Shown here: piece by piece, positions 1-13,432 of the stretch
Layout: every line of letters begins with the position of its first letter
Numbering within the stretch: the first letter of the stretch is position 1
Assembly: GCA_951406725.2 (NCBI GenBank)
Contig: OX597832.1
Location: forward strand, 41,292,001-41,356,000
Direction: 5' to 3'
DNA from: Octopus vulgaris
Lineage: Eukaryota
DNA length: 64,000 nucleotides
The notes under the pieces: generated by a model
Databases searched by the model: none
What the model saw: the letters and a program-made list of their open reading frames with translations, nothing else
What the model was told of the DNA's origin: nothing
Made by a program: the position numbers and the translations under genes

Positions 1-490
1 CCATTTTAGAAATCATTTTTTGGGGGAAAATAGAAAATTATCAAATTGACATTAGTATAGGAAAAACGGACTTGGACTCTAACAGACAAAAGAATATCGA
101 TTGTTAAACACTAAAATTATCTGGATAATTTTATCAGCAAGCTCAGTTGCAATCAGGTCAAAGTCCAGGGAAAATTCCTAGAAAACAAAGTACCTGTCAC
201 CTGTGTTTCACGTTCACAACTTCAACCAACAACACCTATTGCCGACCAGTTTTTTTTACTCTTATAAAGATGCGGCAGCTATAAAAATGATGATGCAATA
301 CTTTTGCAATCTAATGAGATTTCAAACAGGTAGAAAAAATAACGAGAAGTCAGAAATTAACTCATTTTGCCCCGGGAAACCAAAGGCCCCCCCCCCTCAC
401 CCTCCCTCCCATTCCCCGCCGAATACTGAAGCAGTATTTATGTGTCGCTATTCCGGGTTTTTGTGATTCGCTCCTGATTATGTAACTCTT

Positions 491-1060
<570 letters not shown>

Positions 1061-1519
1061 GTCCATGTGTGTGTGTTTGTGTTATATTAGAATATTAACA
1101 TTTGAGTTTAAAAAATGATCTGGTTTCACACATTACGGAGACAAAAACATTTTCGCTGAGATCTGAAACTGTCCCAAATCGACAACAAATCCCAAAAGTT
1201 ATTCATACTTCCTATTAATAACAAATCCTTTCTCGTGGTTCACGGATAGACGGTGAGGGTTTCGAATTGCCCTTCTTATATCTGGGGGTCGGGTGGCGTC
1301 AGTAATAGTAGACACGTCTTTGAGCGAGAACTGAAAAAAAGGGAGAGGCAACGAAAAAAGGGGTTTGGCGGTTCCAATGAAATTGATGGTATATATATAT
1401 GTCATAAAGTGTCCCAACGGGGAAAGTGGCCTTCGTTTCGTTGTTAAGACTGGATCAATAAATAATAACATTCCCTAACTGGCTTAACCAATTCACCACA
1501 GACTGGATATCACCATACC

Positions 1520-1819
1520 GACACACACACACACACACACACACACGCATGCATATACATATGCATAGTCACGCACACATACACACCCACACGTGCGTGT
1601 GTGTACAAAGGCACACACACACACATATACATACATACATACATACATATTTCTACATTCATACACGCGCGCACACACATACACAAATACATCCAAACTT
1701 TGGTAAACTACGGAGAATTAAAGTCGTTAACCTGCGTAGAGGCGGTAATGTCTGTGTGTGTGTGTGCGTGTATATATATATATATTAATACATATATATG
1801 TGTATATATATACGCATAT

Positions 1820-1870
<51 letters not shown>

Positions 1871-2180
1871 TACATATGTGTGTGTGTATACACATATAGT
1901 ATATATGATTTTTAAGAGTATGTATGTATTAGAGATAGAGAAAGAGTATGTGTATTTATGAAACTGTATAAACATCTGTGTATATACACATATGTGAAGA
2001 GTATATATGTGTCTATGTATTATACTTTTATATACACATACACACATACACACACACACACATATATATAAATATATACATACACACACACACACATATA
2101 TATATATATGCACACACACATACACACACACACACAGACACACACACGCACACATATATGTATGTATATATATATATATA
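1520..2180. repeat. Compound (CA)n/(TA)n/(GA)n microsatellite cluster
   Basis: Seen directly. It is the source of the HTHT/CVCV/ERER ORFs. Confidence 0.9.
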
Positions 2181-2237
2181 GTCATTTGTTATTTGTTTGT
2201 ATAAACGTAAGTGTGTAGAACGTGTGTATATACTCAC

Positions 2238-2406
2238 TAAGTAACAAAGTCTCTGCTTCTTCCCGACACAGGTTTTCATGGTAATAGGCCACAACATCGT
2301 CTGCTGTTTTATTTTCCGATCTATCCTGTATCAGTTGCTCATCAATGGACAAAGATGTTTTATTCGACGATTTGGAAACGTCCAGGCTGTTAACAAACTT
2401 CTCCAT
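2238..2406 (-). CDS. Probable first coding exon of an SH2-domain signalling protein (gene continues left, out of the window)
   Basis: ATG in context gactATGG. The 56 codons plus 1 nt end ...VAYYHENLCREEAETLLL, matching the SH2 betaA-alphaA motif W/Y-Y-H-G-x-I/L-S/T-R-E-E-A-E-x-L-L. A canonical GTGAGT donor follows at 2237-2232. The family (SHARK/HTK16-, DAPP1- or SAP-like) cannot be resolved from this exon. Confidence 0.7.
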
Positions 2407-3469
2407 AGTCTGTTGTTAATCGCACCCTTTCTCCCGTCCTTTCCTGTTTCAGTCTATCCTTCTCTCTCTCTAATTCTCTCACACTCTCTCCCTCTCATAC
2501 GCGCAATCTATTTGTCTTTCTATACCTCCTTCCTTTTCTGTATCTTTCCCTCTATCCTCTCTCTCTCTCTCGCTTCAGATATCTTGTTATTTTTAATTTA
2601 GACTACTGGCTTCCTTTGCCTATATACTCTGCTTTCTGGTTGTTTTTTTTTCTTTTCCGCCGTCGACCAGCCAACCAGTCAGACATCGAACAACCAGCCA
2701 GCGAAACCAGCCCAACAATTGTGTCACAAAACTGGCAAACCGATACAGAAGACCTCTCTAACCCTCTCCTGTTATTCTAGCTGCCGTTCCCTTGCTGAAA
2801 AAAGCCTCAGTTAAACTTATAGGCCCAAGGCCGGATGCCTGCCTGACTAAAAGTAAGAGGGGACGACAAGGGTCCACTTACTTAGTTTACACATAGACTC
2901 AGTTGTACTCTTGTTTATCACAGACTTTAACAGCAGAAAAACATGTTGAAATACAAACGAGAGGAATTTCAATGAAGTCTCTCTCTCTCTCTCTCTCCTT
3001 CCTTCTTGTCGGGGGTAGAGCTATACAAGACGAAACTTAATCCTAGCTTAGAAATAAAAATAAATATCCGGTGCTGCAGTTCTGGGGTTTTTTAGCTACT
3101 GAGGTTTTTACATACTGATGATTATTGGCCATCTTTTTTAACCAGTTCTCACCATTCCTCACCGTTCCAATTGATTCTCTGATGGAAGGAGATACCAGCC
3201 ACCACTTAATCTCTGCACCTGCAAGACACGTCCCGGGGTTTAACTGTTCATTCAGGCAATGTATTTGAGTTAACACGATCTTATTAAGTAATCATACCAT
3301 CCACTGCAAGTAGTACCACCATCACATGAATGATTACATAATATAGTTGTGGCTGCAGTATTCGATGGTATAGTTGCAGTACAGAATGGTATAGTTATAT
3401 AATGCAATGGTATGGTTACATAACCGTGCTGTCATTATGTATAGACATACCATTCATTACATTATGTTA

Positions 3470-3858
3470 TCTTTTACTTGTTTCAGTCATTAGACTGTGG
3501 CCATGCTGGGGCACAGCCTGGAAGAAATTTTAGTCTGATCCCAGTACTAATTGTTTTAAGCCTGGTACCTATTCTATCAGTCCTTTTTGACGAACTGCTA
3601 AGTCTCAAGGATGTAAACACACCAACACCAGCTGTCAAGCAATGGTGGGGGACAAACAGAAGCAAACACACACACACACACACACAGATATATGCATATA
3701 TATATGAAGGGCTTCTTTCAGATTCCGTCTATCAAATCCATTTACAAGGCTTTGGTTGGCCTGAGGCTAAAATGGAAGACTTGCCCAAGATGCCATGCTG
3801 TGGAACTGAACCTGGCACCATGTGGTTGGAAAATAAACTTTTTGCTACACCCGTGCCT
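3470..3858 (-). mobile_element. tRNA-derived SINE family B (CORE-like), diverged copy
   Basis: Matches the copies at 34657, 36975 and 58251 (ttgtttcagtcattagactgtggccatgctgg...acttgcccaag...ccatgtggttgg). Confidence 0.8.
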
Positions 3859-4282
3859 ACACATCATGCTAACTAAAATCACGGTTTCCTTGCATACAGG
3901 CCTGTCCCCTGTGTCCCTCTTCAGCTGAGCGTTCTTAATCTTGTGGGTTCGTGGGTGCTGGCTTTTGTAAAAGCACCCAGGACACCTTGTAAAGTGGTTG
4001 GCATTAAGAAGGGTACCCGGCTATTGAAACCATACCAAAACAGACATGGGGCCTGGGCAGAACTTCAGCTGACCAGCTCCTGTCAAACCGTCCAACCCAT
4101 GTCAGCATTGAGGGCAGATATTAAATGGTGATGATGATGATGATGATGACGACGACGACAATGATGACGATGATGATGATTATATACCATCACATAATGT
4201 TGCCATGGTAACACATTAGGTTACTATACCATCATCACAATATGTAATCTTACCATCACATGTAAAACCGTATGTTTATGTT

Positions 4283-4650
4283 TGGCTGTGTGGTTAAGAA
4301 ACTCGCTTTGCAACCATATGGTTTCTGGTTCAGTCCCTGTATGTGGCACCTTGGGCAAACATCTTTCCCTATAGCCCTGGGCAATCAATGCCTTGTGAGT
4401 GAATTTGATAGATGAAAACTGTACAGAAGCCCATCATGTGTGTGTGTGTGTATGTGTGTATTTGTGTTTACTATTGTCACCTACCATTGCTTGACAACTG
4501 GTGTTGGTTTTTTTATATCCCCATAGCTTAGCTGTTTCACAAAAGAGACCAGTGCCAGACTTTTAAATAAGTACTGGGGTCAATTTGTTCAACTATATCC
4601 TTCAAAGCAGGGTCCCAGCATGTCCACAGTCCAATGACTGAAGCAAGTAA
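4283..4650 (+). mobile_element. SINE family B, diverged copy
   Basis: Head tggctgtgtggttaag...ggttcagtccc...ccttgggcaa and tail atgactgaagcaagtaaaa. Confidence 0.75.
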
Positions 4651-4809
4651 AAAAAAAAGGTATTAAACTGTTATTATATATAAACAAGCCACAGCTTCTT
4701 ATTGGTCACACAACATGCTAGAAATAACAGACAAATACTCCACAAATTACATTTGTCTTAAAAAATGGAAGGACACATTAGATACTGTCTAAATATAAGA
4801 TGTAATAAT

Positions 4810-5195
4810 AATGAAATTACTGTATACAGTGCTCAGGTGCACCACAACTTGTCAGAAAGTGCGTATAAAGTGTATGCAGTAATGTACAAATGTCTGGAAA
4901 GCGAATATACATGCTTGTGTGTGTGTATGGAGGGGAGAAAATCAGGTGTAGTGTTGGCGAATCTCAGGAAGCATGGAAGTTTTGAAGGATGCAGTGCTCC
5001 GACGACTAACAAATGATGCCGGCAGTCTGTTCCATGCTTCAGCAACTCTTAGCGTGAAAAAATGTTTCCGAAAGTCATGGGAGCTGTGCTGTTTTCTGAC
5101 TTTGTAAATATGTCCGCGGGTGTTAGACAGGTGGAGTTTGAAAAGGTGCTCAGAGTTATTGTTTGTAAGATGGTTAATAATTTTATAATGCTTAT
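4810..5195 (-). mobile_element. CR1-like LINE 3' end fragment
   Basis: The minus strand reads TRGHIYKVRKQHSSHDFRKHFFTLRVAEAWNRLP, the typical CR1 ORF2 C-terminal motif (TRGH..K....R..FF..RV...WN.LP). Confidence 0.8.
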
Positions 5196-5562
5196 AGCTG
5201 GAACACCTTTTTGATTGTAGATTTTCTTGATTAGGACCGACAAAGAGTTAAATACAACCACACCTTAGTTCTTCTCTAGTTACCACTGCTTACAGTGAAT
5301 GGTCAAGCATTCGATCTGTGGCATCTATGGCAGCTATGTAGCCTGGGTCAATCAGATACAACAGTTTGGGCCAGGGATGGATACAGTGCCAATGGCATAA
5401 TATGAACTACTGACAATTTGATTTGTTTGTTTGTTATCTTGTTGATTCAGCCTTGTGCGATTCAGGCTCTTCAGCCAAAACACTCACACTCTGTAGCCAT
5501 GCTCTATTGCAGCAGTTTCCAACATATGGATTACCACTGGTGTGGTGGGAAGCTGTACATAG

Positions 5563-5900
5563 TGACGGCGCATGGCTCAGTGGTTAGAACGTCGAGCTAA
5601 CGATCGTGAGGTTGTGAGTTCGATTCCCGGACCGGACTGCGTGTTGTGTTCTTGAGCAAGACACTTTATTTCACGTTGCTCCAGTTCACTCAGCTGTAGA
5701 AATGAGTTGCCACGTAACAGGTGCCAAGCTGTATCGGCCCCTTTGCCTTTCCCTTGGATAACATCAGTGGTGTGGAGAGGGGAGGTCGGTATGCACGGGC
5801 GACTGCTGGCCTTCCATAAAACAATCTTGCCCAGACTTGTACCTCGGAGGTTAACTTTCGAGATGCAATCCTGTGGTCATTCATGACCGAAGGGGGTCTC
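5563..5900 (+). mobile_element. tRNA-derived SINE (Deu/Nin-like central domain)
   Basis: A box tggctcagtggttaga and B box gagttcgattcc, followed by gtgttcttgagcaagacactt...cagctgtagaaatgag. Related diverged copies lie at about 24295-24420 and 38115-38350. Confidence 0.75.
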
Positions 5901-5991
5901 CTCCGGTGGGAAGAAGAGTGTCACTGGTTGTATTCAAAATTTTCGAAGGCTGCTGTGTAGCCTGTATACTTACTCAGTTACTTATCATTTA

Positions 5992-6087
5992 GTTAGGTAT
6001 CTCCTATTAGAAATTCTTCAGACAGAGAATCACATAATATTATTTGATTCTCTTTGTTTGAAGAATTTCTAATAGGAAATACCTGAC
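5992..6087. repeat. About 95-nt imperfect hairpin (inverted repeat)
   Basis: The left arm aggtatctcctattagaaattcttcagacagagaatca pairs with the right arm tgattctctttgtttgaagaatttctaataggaaatacct. Confidence 0.85.
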
Positions 6088-6816
6088 ATGATTTCTACTA
6101 AAGGTACAATTTTGTGGCTCCTATTAGCAAATGAAACATATGTAATGATGAATAAACAATACCAAAATTTATTTACATTATTTTACATTATTTCATTTAC
6201 ATTATTATCAGCCAAAATGTTGTGTTAACAACAAACAAGATGAAGACAAATATCTGTCGAATGTAAATAATGTACATAATTCCTCATCTCTTAAATATAG
6301 AACATTACCAAAAATTGTTCCAATATTCTGTTTTGACAGATACTCTTTTACTCTTTTACTTGTTTAAGTTATTTGGCTGTGGCCATGCTGGAGCACCGCC
6401 TTTAGTCGAGCAAATTGACCCCAGAACTTATTCTTTAAAAATATCATAGGCAGTCAAAGACTCTGAAGACATACTAAACAAGAAATGTGGACGGTCATTG
6501 TTGTCTTCCATTTCAGGCTTCACTGCTGAAGCAACTGGTCATATTTTCTCTCATCTCCTGTTTTGCTGTCTCTCTGTTAATCCTTTGGGATATTCTCCTG
6601 GTATTAACCATATTTTTGTCTCCTGTCTGGCCCTAAGACCATATTCTGTTTACTTATTTCAGATCATTTCACTTTCTTTGAATGTCCACATTTCTTTGTC
6701 CCTTGTCCGTCCCCTAATTGTCTCATCTGGAATTACATTTATTTTATATTTGTATGTTCACTTTCTGTGTTGCATATTTGTTAATTTCTTGTTTGCTTGT
6801 TCATTTTCCTATTTTT

Positions 6817-7047
6817 TATTTCTTTATTACCCACAAGGGGCCAAACACAGAGGGGCCAAACAAGGACAGACAAAGGGGTTAAGTCGATTACATCGACCCC
6901 AGTGCGTAACTGGTACTTAAGTTATCGACCCCGAAAGGATGAAAGGCAAAGTCGACCTCGGCGGAATTTGAACTCAGAACGTAGCGACAGACCAAATACT
7001 GCTAAGCATTTTGCCCGGTGTGCTAACGATTCTGCCAGCTCACCGCC
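6817..7047 (-). mobile_element. tRNA-derived SINE family A (MetaSINE-like central domain)
   Basis: The sense strand has ggcggtgagctggcagaatcgttagc (A box), gagttcaaattcc (B box) and gcctttcatcctttcggggtcgataa (Meta-domain-like). Many near-identical copies occur in the window. Confidence 0.85.
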
Positions 7048-7265
7048 TTTGCTTGTTCATTTTCTGTCATGTTTGGTCCCTTGTTCGTTGGCTCACCATT
7101 TCCCAGTGGCTTCTTACTGTTGGCGACACCAGAGAGGAATCAATATTATCACTGAAGGCACGAAATTGCATTTGACCCTCTGGTCAATAATGGGTGAGGA
7201 TGTGGCAAACTTCTGTGTCTGTTTCCTTTTTGTTTGTGCATTTATTATATGTTTTTTTAAACTTA

Positions 7266-7319
<54 letters not shown>

Positions 7320-7622
7320 CAGTGAGCGAAACCTCAGGTTATGAATGTCTCTATTCATGAACAAACCAGTTTACAAACAATTTTTTTTAAACATAAAACG
7401 TCTCAGGTTACAGATGGTGTATCAAGTAGCAAACACAGAAACTGGTAACAATGGCAAGAAAGTGTCAGTTACTGCTTAGCTTTTTCTCAGTGCACACCTC
7501 TGCTCAAATCCGCCATGCCTTCACTTGAATTTCCTATGGGAAAAATAGTATTGGTTTATAAACATTTCAGGTGACAGATGGTCTTCAGGAATTAATTATA
7601 TTCATAAACCTGTGTTCCACTG
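7320..7622. mobile_element. Tc1/mariner (Tigger-like) MITE
   Basis: TA|CAGTG...CACTG|TA termini with imperfect TIRs (cagtgagcgaaacctcaggttatgaat / attcataaacctgtgttccactg). Confidence 0.65.
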
Positions 7623-7649
7623 TATATATATATATGTATATGATGGCTG

Positions 7650-7945
7650 CCCCTCGTTATCAAGTATGGTCATTGCACGAAGCTTAACTGTTACTGGTGC
7701 TGTGATCGAATGTGACTTTTTAACCCAGCTAAAGATCTACAATGTCTTGTACAGAATTGGCAGCTAAAACCTTTACCGTTAATAGCCGGCTGTAGTTGTA
7801 ACTGGACTTCATGTACCTTTGCATGTCGTTTAAATCCTCCTGCCGAATTACACTCTCTTCCACATGCCTGACGGATATGATTAGTATGGTGTGTTACACC
7901 ACTACCAGTGGCCAGGTTGTCACTCATCTGTCTCGCTTTATGACT
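7650..7945 (-). mobile_element. LINE 3' end encoding a C-terminal C2H2-like finger
   Basis: ORF 7691-7927 ends FSCQFCTRHCRSLAGLKSHIRSQHQ, typical of the C-termini of RTE-group LINE ORFs. Confidence 0.6.
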
Positions 7946-8380
7946 ACGAAGTTTATGTATAAATATATATATATATATATATATGCATGTATGGATGTAT
8001 GCCTGTATGTATGTAAAACAGGTAAGGCACTTGGATCAGTGGTAATAATCTAATTCTACACTTTATCACATTCAAGAATATAAACACGTTTTTAAGCCTA
8101 ACAGACGCAGAGTCAAAAAGAAATGCTACTTTTCACCAGCACACCAGGATCAGCATAATTGTGCCATGCAAGCCCTACAATCACACAATGTAGAGTGGTT
8201 GGCTGTCTGTTCAACTGCCATCAGTCCCAACCACCTAGCTGATCACCTTTTTATCTCCGACAGCATATTTAACAATGTGAAACTAAGTACATTTAGTTTT
8301 GTATCATTACAATAGACACTGCGTGAACCACAGTGCTCTCTCTCCCTAGTGTGAAGCTTCCTGTCTTGTATGTATGTATG

Positions 8381-8423
<43 letters not shown>

Positions 8424-8559
8424 ATCACAGCAGGTCACACAATTCCTGTGACTCCAACATTGCAATACCCCTTGATCCTGTCTATTCTGGTTGTAATGCG
8501 TTTGTGGGTTGAGAGCAAAGCACTTGAAATTTTTCAGCATTTAACTGCATGGTGTTTTC

Positions 8560-9700
8560 TTCAGCCCACTTGTGTATTTGAGTTATCAATAGTGTCCTTG
8601 ACTACATATGATTCTTTTGTATTGTCAATATAGCTGGTGAGAGAGTGATTGCCAAAGAGTATGTCTAAGAGAGAGCCACCACAAACACTGATGGTCTCAG
8701 TACAGTTCTCTGAAGGACTAAATTTAGAATTGAAGCTTCCCCAGAGAGAGAGAAAGCACCATTCATTGCAACTGTCTGATTTCTACCTTTTTAAAATGTT
8801 ATACAACCTTTCCTTGGTTTTCCTACTATACCCAGGTCATGCAGTTTGTGACATGTCATGTCATTTTGTGACAACTTTATCAAAGGCCTTGGAGAAATCA
8901 AGAGATATCATATCTACATATCAAAGGTTGAGTTGTTTCAGTACCCAATCATAATATGCTGTAGAAGCTGTGTAAATTAGCTTCTTCCTGGATGGAAGCC
9001 ATGCTGTGTGTTTGTCATTTTCTTTGAGATATGTGACCAGCTTCCTTCTGTCAATGCATTCCCTGACCTTGTTAACTTGTGAGGACAGAGAGACAAGCAT
9101 TTTGTAGCATCCACTCTATTTTTCCGTTTATGGGTAGGGCTTATTCTACCTTCTTTTGGAAGGAATACCTTGGAAAAGGTGGTTTTGTAAGAGCTTTCTT
9201 GTATGTCTTTAAGAGAATAACTGGAAAACCATAGAGACCACTGCTGAGTTCAAGTTCATCTCAACAATGGCCAATAGTATATTCTCATCTTTTTATGTTG
9301 TCAAAATCAATGGTTGCCGCTTTGTATCTAGGCTGTAAAAGAATTCATTCGACTCATTTATTTGCACATCTCCCAGTGAAAAAATGAAAACCCTTAGTTT
9401 GGATTTGTCTATTTAGTATTGTACTTATCCTTTTGGAGTTTGCAGTCAGTGAACCATTTTCTTCAAACAGTTGCCCTGGCTTGTAGAATACTCAGGTAGA
9501 TTCTTTTGCAAAGTTGGAGAAGGCCTTAGGGTTCACTTTAAACTTTTTGATTGTTCTGGTTTCTTTTCTCTTTCTTTTTCATGAGAGAGTCTGAGTTTAT
9601 TTTCAAAATCTTACGGTGCCTTTTTAAGATGGAACTTCTCACTGTCCTTAAGTTGTGTATTTAAAGGATTTGAGATCTTGTTATTTGTCTATTAAGTTAT
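8560..9700 (-). mobile_element. Degenerate CR1-like LINE reverse-transcriptase remnant
   Basis: The minus strand near 8870-8920 reads VDMISLDFSKAFDKVV (RT motif VD.IYLDFSKAFDKV). A decayed FADDTK-like segment lies near 8610-8635, with many frameshifts. Confidence 0.75.
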
Positions 9701-10745
9701 TTAAATGAGTTGAGATCTCTATTCTTCATATATAACACACACACGCATGCATACACACACACACACACACACACTCACACACACACGCACATACACACAC
9801 ACACACACACACATGCGCACACACACACACACACACACAATGTGCAGTGGTTGCATAAAATAATGGAAACACTTCTTGTTATTTAACTGTTGTTTTTACT
9901 GGCAACATGACAAGTTCAAAACAGTTTTACTTTGAATATACATTATGTATGTCTTGTACTCCATAATACAACCTTGTTTTTCTTTTTTGCAGACATTTAT
10001 TTCACATATTTTTTGCAGACATCTCTCTCCCATTTGAAACATATTGAAGAATTCAAAATTTAATCATACTCATTTTCTCAGCATTGGTTTGGGAAATGCC
10101 AAGGCTAGATATAGCGCATTCACACTCAAGCATCTAGGTAGGTGGTCCTGTTAGAATTCTTCATTCCCTGGGAGCATCAGGTGAAGATGGCAAATGAGAG
10201 AAAGAGATTAAAGGGCTGGTGGGTGATCCTGTTGAGTGGGAATGCAGAGGGTTTAAAGGCCAGTCCCTCTACAGAGCCTGCAACGAGCTGGGCATCATAG
10301 GAGTTGTGAGTGGTAACCATATGGAACCCAGCTACATAGTTGGTTACAGAGGCAACAGGGTGTGCTTCAAAGTGACTGTGGATAAGGAGATGTGAGCACT
10401 GAATGGAGTAGTGATACTTGGCATAGGGCAAAGTGGACAAAAATTGGAACTTGATCAATCTTGAATGTGTTGCCTGGGTAAGAGAGTTTGATTACTGAAA
10501 GTCTGGAAACATTTAATGAATAGAAATAACATAACTGAAGATGTTTCCAGCACATCACAAGCTGACATGAAAAACGAAAGAATATTCACAAGTTTAATCT
10601 TCACTTTTACTTCCCACACTATTTTCGCTTTACTGCACTTACCTACCCATCCATCTTTTCTATCCCTTTCCTGCCTTTCATTTCACATTGTATCTTGACC
10701 TTACATTTCTCTCTTTCTCTCCAGGTGGGCAAGGCATGTATTCAA

Positions 10746-10975
10746 GGCGGCGAGCTGGCAGAAACGTTAGCACGCCAGGCAAAATGCTTAGCAGTATTCC
10801 GTCTGCCGTTACGTACTGAGTTCAAATTCCGCTGAGGTCAACTTTGCCTTTCATCCTTTCAGGGTCGATTAAATGAGTATCAGTTATACACTGGGGTCCA
10901 TATAATCAACTCAATCTGTTTGTCTGTCCTTGTTTGTCCCCTCTGTGAAGCCCCTTGTGGGCAGTAAAGAAATAA
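10746..10975 (+). mobile_element. SINE family A
   Basis: ggcggcgagctggcagaaacgttagc...gagttcaaattcc...ccccttgtgggcagtaaagaaata. Confidence 0.85.
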
Positions 10976-12004
10976 AATAAGGCATGTATTCACCTCTTCA
11001 GCAAGACATCTTCTCCTGTCCCTCTGTCATACTTTCTTATCCCTCAGTACTATACACCACCCAGTTGAGGGGTCTGGGATTGAAGGTAACTAGGTAACCT
11101 CACCAGTGCTGGTACCTCTAAAAAATAAGCACCCAGTATACTTTATGATAGTTTGATATTAGAAAGGCATCCGGCCAAAGCAGACACTGGAGCTTGGTGC
11201 AGCTCTCTGGTTCCTCTGTTCATGTTGAACTGTCCATCACATGCCAATATGGAGAAAGAACATTAAATGATGATGATGATGCTAACAATAATGATGACTG
11301 CCTGTGATTAGAGATTAACTCCCTCATCACACAAACAAAACAATCCCTGTCTATCTCCCTTGTGCATTGGTATATTCTTTCCTTTTGTTTTTTATTCTTT
11401 TACTTATTTCAGTCATTAGACTACAGCCATGCTGGGGCATCGCCTTGAAGAATTTTTAGTTGAACGTATCGACCCCAATACTTATTTTTTAAAACCTGGT
11501 ACTTGGTATATGCATATACCATATACTGGTATATGCATATATGTGTGTATGTCTGTGTATATACCTACCTACCTACATCCTGTACACACACACACACACA
11601 TACATACATACATAGTAAATTAGTTCTTATATACACTGAAAAGTTATTGGACTATTTCGTTAAAAAAGGTAAGTTCTCCTACAAAGAAGCAATAATTAAA
11701 TATCAGACACGTCAAGTCAAGAAATGTGTAGATTGGATTCTTTTGCACTGAAAGTTCAAAGGAAAATATCTCGTCAAGTTTCGGTGTCTTTTGTTGCGGT
11801 GAAAACTGGAACAGAAAAATAAATTTAAAAATTCCGAAAAAAATCTTTAGTTCATTTGCAATGCCACGTCTAGTCCTTGCAGAGTTATGCCCCTTCGATT
11901 CGCCTGTGCCGTGAAAACTTTCAGGCTGTGGAGTCGGGCTGCAACGTCTTCTATGTCACTGGTGTGTGTGTGTATGCAGCAGGACATGTGGTGAGGGTAG
12001 ATAA

Positions 12005-12037
<33 letters not shown>

Positions 12038-13144
12038 AGGGGGGGAAAGAAACGAGGAGGAAGATGAGTGTTGGTGTGGGATAAGCAGCCAGTTTACAAA
12101 GGAGTATATGTATGTATAAATGTGATGGGTAGGGAGAGGGGGAATATTCTTTATAATAATGAGCAATGTGGGAAAAGAATGAGAGGAAGAGAGGAAGAGA
12201 GAGAGAGAGAGAGAGATGGGAAGGAAAACAGAGAGACAGAGGTAGAGACAAAGGGAGGGGGAAGGGGGAGGGGTGTAAGGGAAGGTGGAAAGGTATATAA
12301 AGTTACAGCGAGGTTGGATAGAAGAAAGAAAGAAAAAGTGTGTAAAATAGAGATGAAAAAATCTCAAAAAGGAGGTAAATAGTCATCGTTACTGCTAGAT
12401 TTAATTTGGTAAATTAGTCAAAATGTACTCAGGCTGAAAAAATTTAATTTTTTAGTTCAGGTTAATTTTTTGGTCCCCGGTTGAACCAAATTCTAGATAA
12501 TTCTTTTCTCCACCAGACAGAGTCTGCACCTCCTGCTGCTGCCAAAATATGGTCTGCATTTTCCCAATAATCCCTAGTTTGACTTTATATAACACAGATT
12601 TTTTTTCCTTTAACAACCTTGTTCTTTACTAATGTTCTGACCCTATTTCTTTCTTGGATCTGAAAAAAAAAAAACCAAAATGACCTGTGAGTGTTTGGTC
12701 TTACTTTAAAAGTGCTTTCTGTAAAACCATTTTGCCATATCTAAAATGTCCATCTGATGTCCTGCAACACTACCTCCACTTTATACACAACAACCTCTGT
12801 TACATTATCCATTTAGTAGGCATGTGGTATTATCTCTGCACGAGCAGCTTTCCCTGTTTCAGTTTTGACTGCAGCCAAGCATTTTGTGACTGGCTGACTG
12901 GATGCTTTCATTTAAGCCTTTTACATTTTTGACTGGTCATGTCTGATGAAATGTCTATTCTTTTCTTGTAGGGGAGGTTTATTTTGACTTTAAAAGAACT
13001 GTCTGGTAACTCTTGACTAGACATGGAGTTTAATTTATAATATTTCATAAATAATATGCCACTTCTATTATCTTATATTGAGTATGCTCCTTTTCCTAAT
13101 TCATGAAACTTCCTTGGACAACTATTTTATATCATCATCATTAT

Positions 13145-13432
13145 CATCATCATCATCATCATCGTTTAACGTCCGTTCTCCATGCTAGCATGGGTTGGAC
13201 GGTTCGACCGGGGATCTGGGAAGCCAGAAGGCTGCACCAGGCTCCGGTCTTATCTGGCAATGTTTCTACAGCTGGATGCCTTTCCTAACGCCAACCACTC
13301 CGTGAGTGTAGTGGGTGCTTTTTACGTGCCACCTGCACTGGTGCCAGGCGAGGCTGGCATCGGCCGCGGTCAGATTGGTGCATTTTACATGCCACCTGCA
13401 CGGAAGCCAGTCGAGGCGGCACTGGCTTTGGC
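13145..13432 (-). mobile_element. SINE-like family C ending in (GAT)n
   Basis: Shared core ggcgttaggaagggcatccagctgtagaaa...ccaacccatgctagcatggaaagcggacgttaaacgatgatgat. Further copies lie at about 14045-14340(-), 18660-19020(+), 26575-26960(-), 29890-30055(-), 31415-31660(+), 39355-39510(+), 55140-55490(+), 58890-59320(+) and 62820-63040(-). Confidence 0.8.

Noticed and set aside
5563-5640. tRNA gene candidates (also about 32215-32290 and 38115-38190)
   Set aside because: A and B boxes are present, but there is no clean cloverleaf and the sequence continues into SINE bodies.
6797-7360. Recurring ORFs containing RPRKDERQSRPRRNLNSER, SVSVYQIHSQG or LQLDALPNANHS
   Set aside because: They are translations of SINE families A, B and C, repeated at many loci.
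7691-7927. C2H2 zinc-finger gene
   Set aside because: It is a single finger at the end of a LINE-like fragment, with no TGEKP linkers or exon structure.
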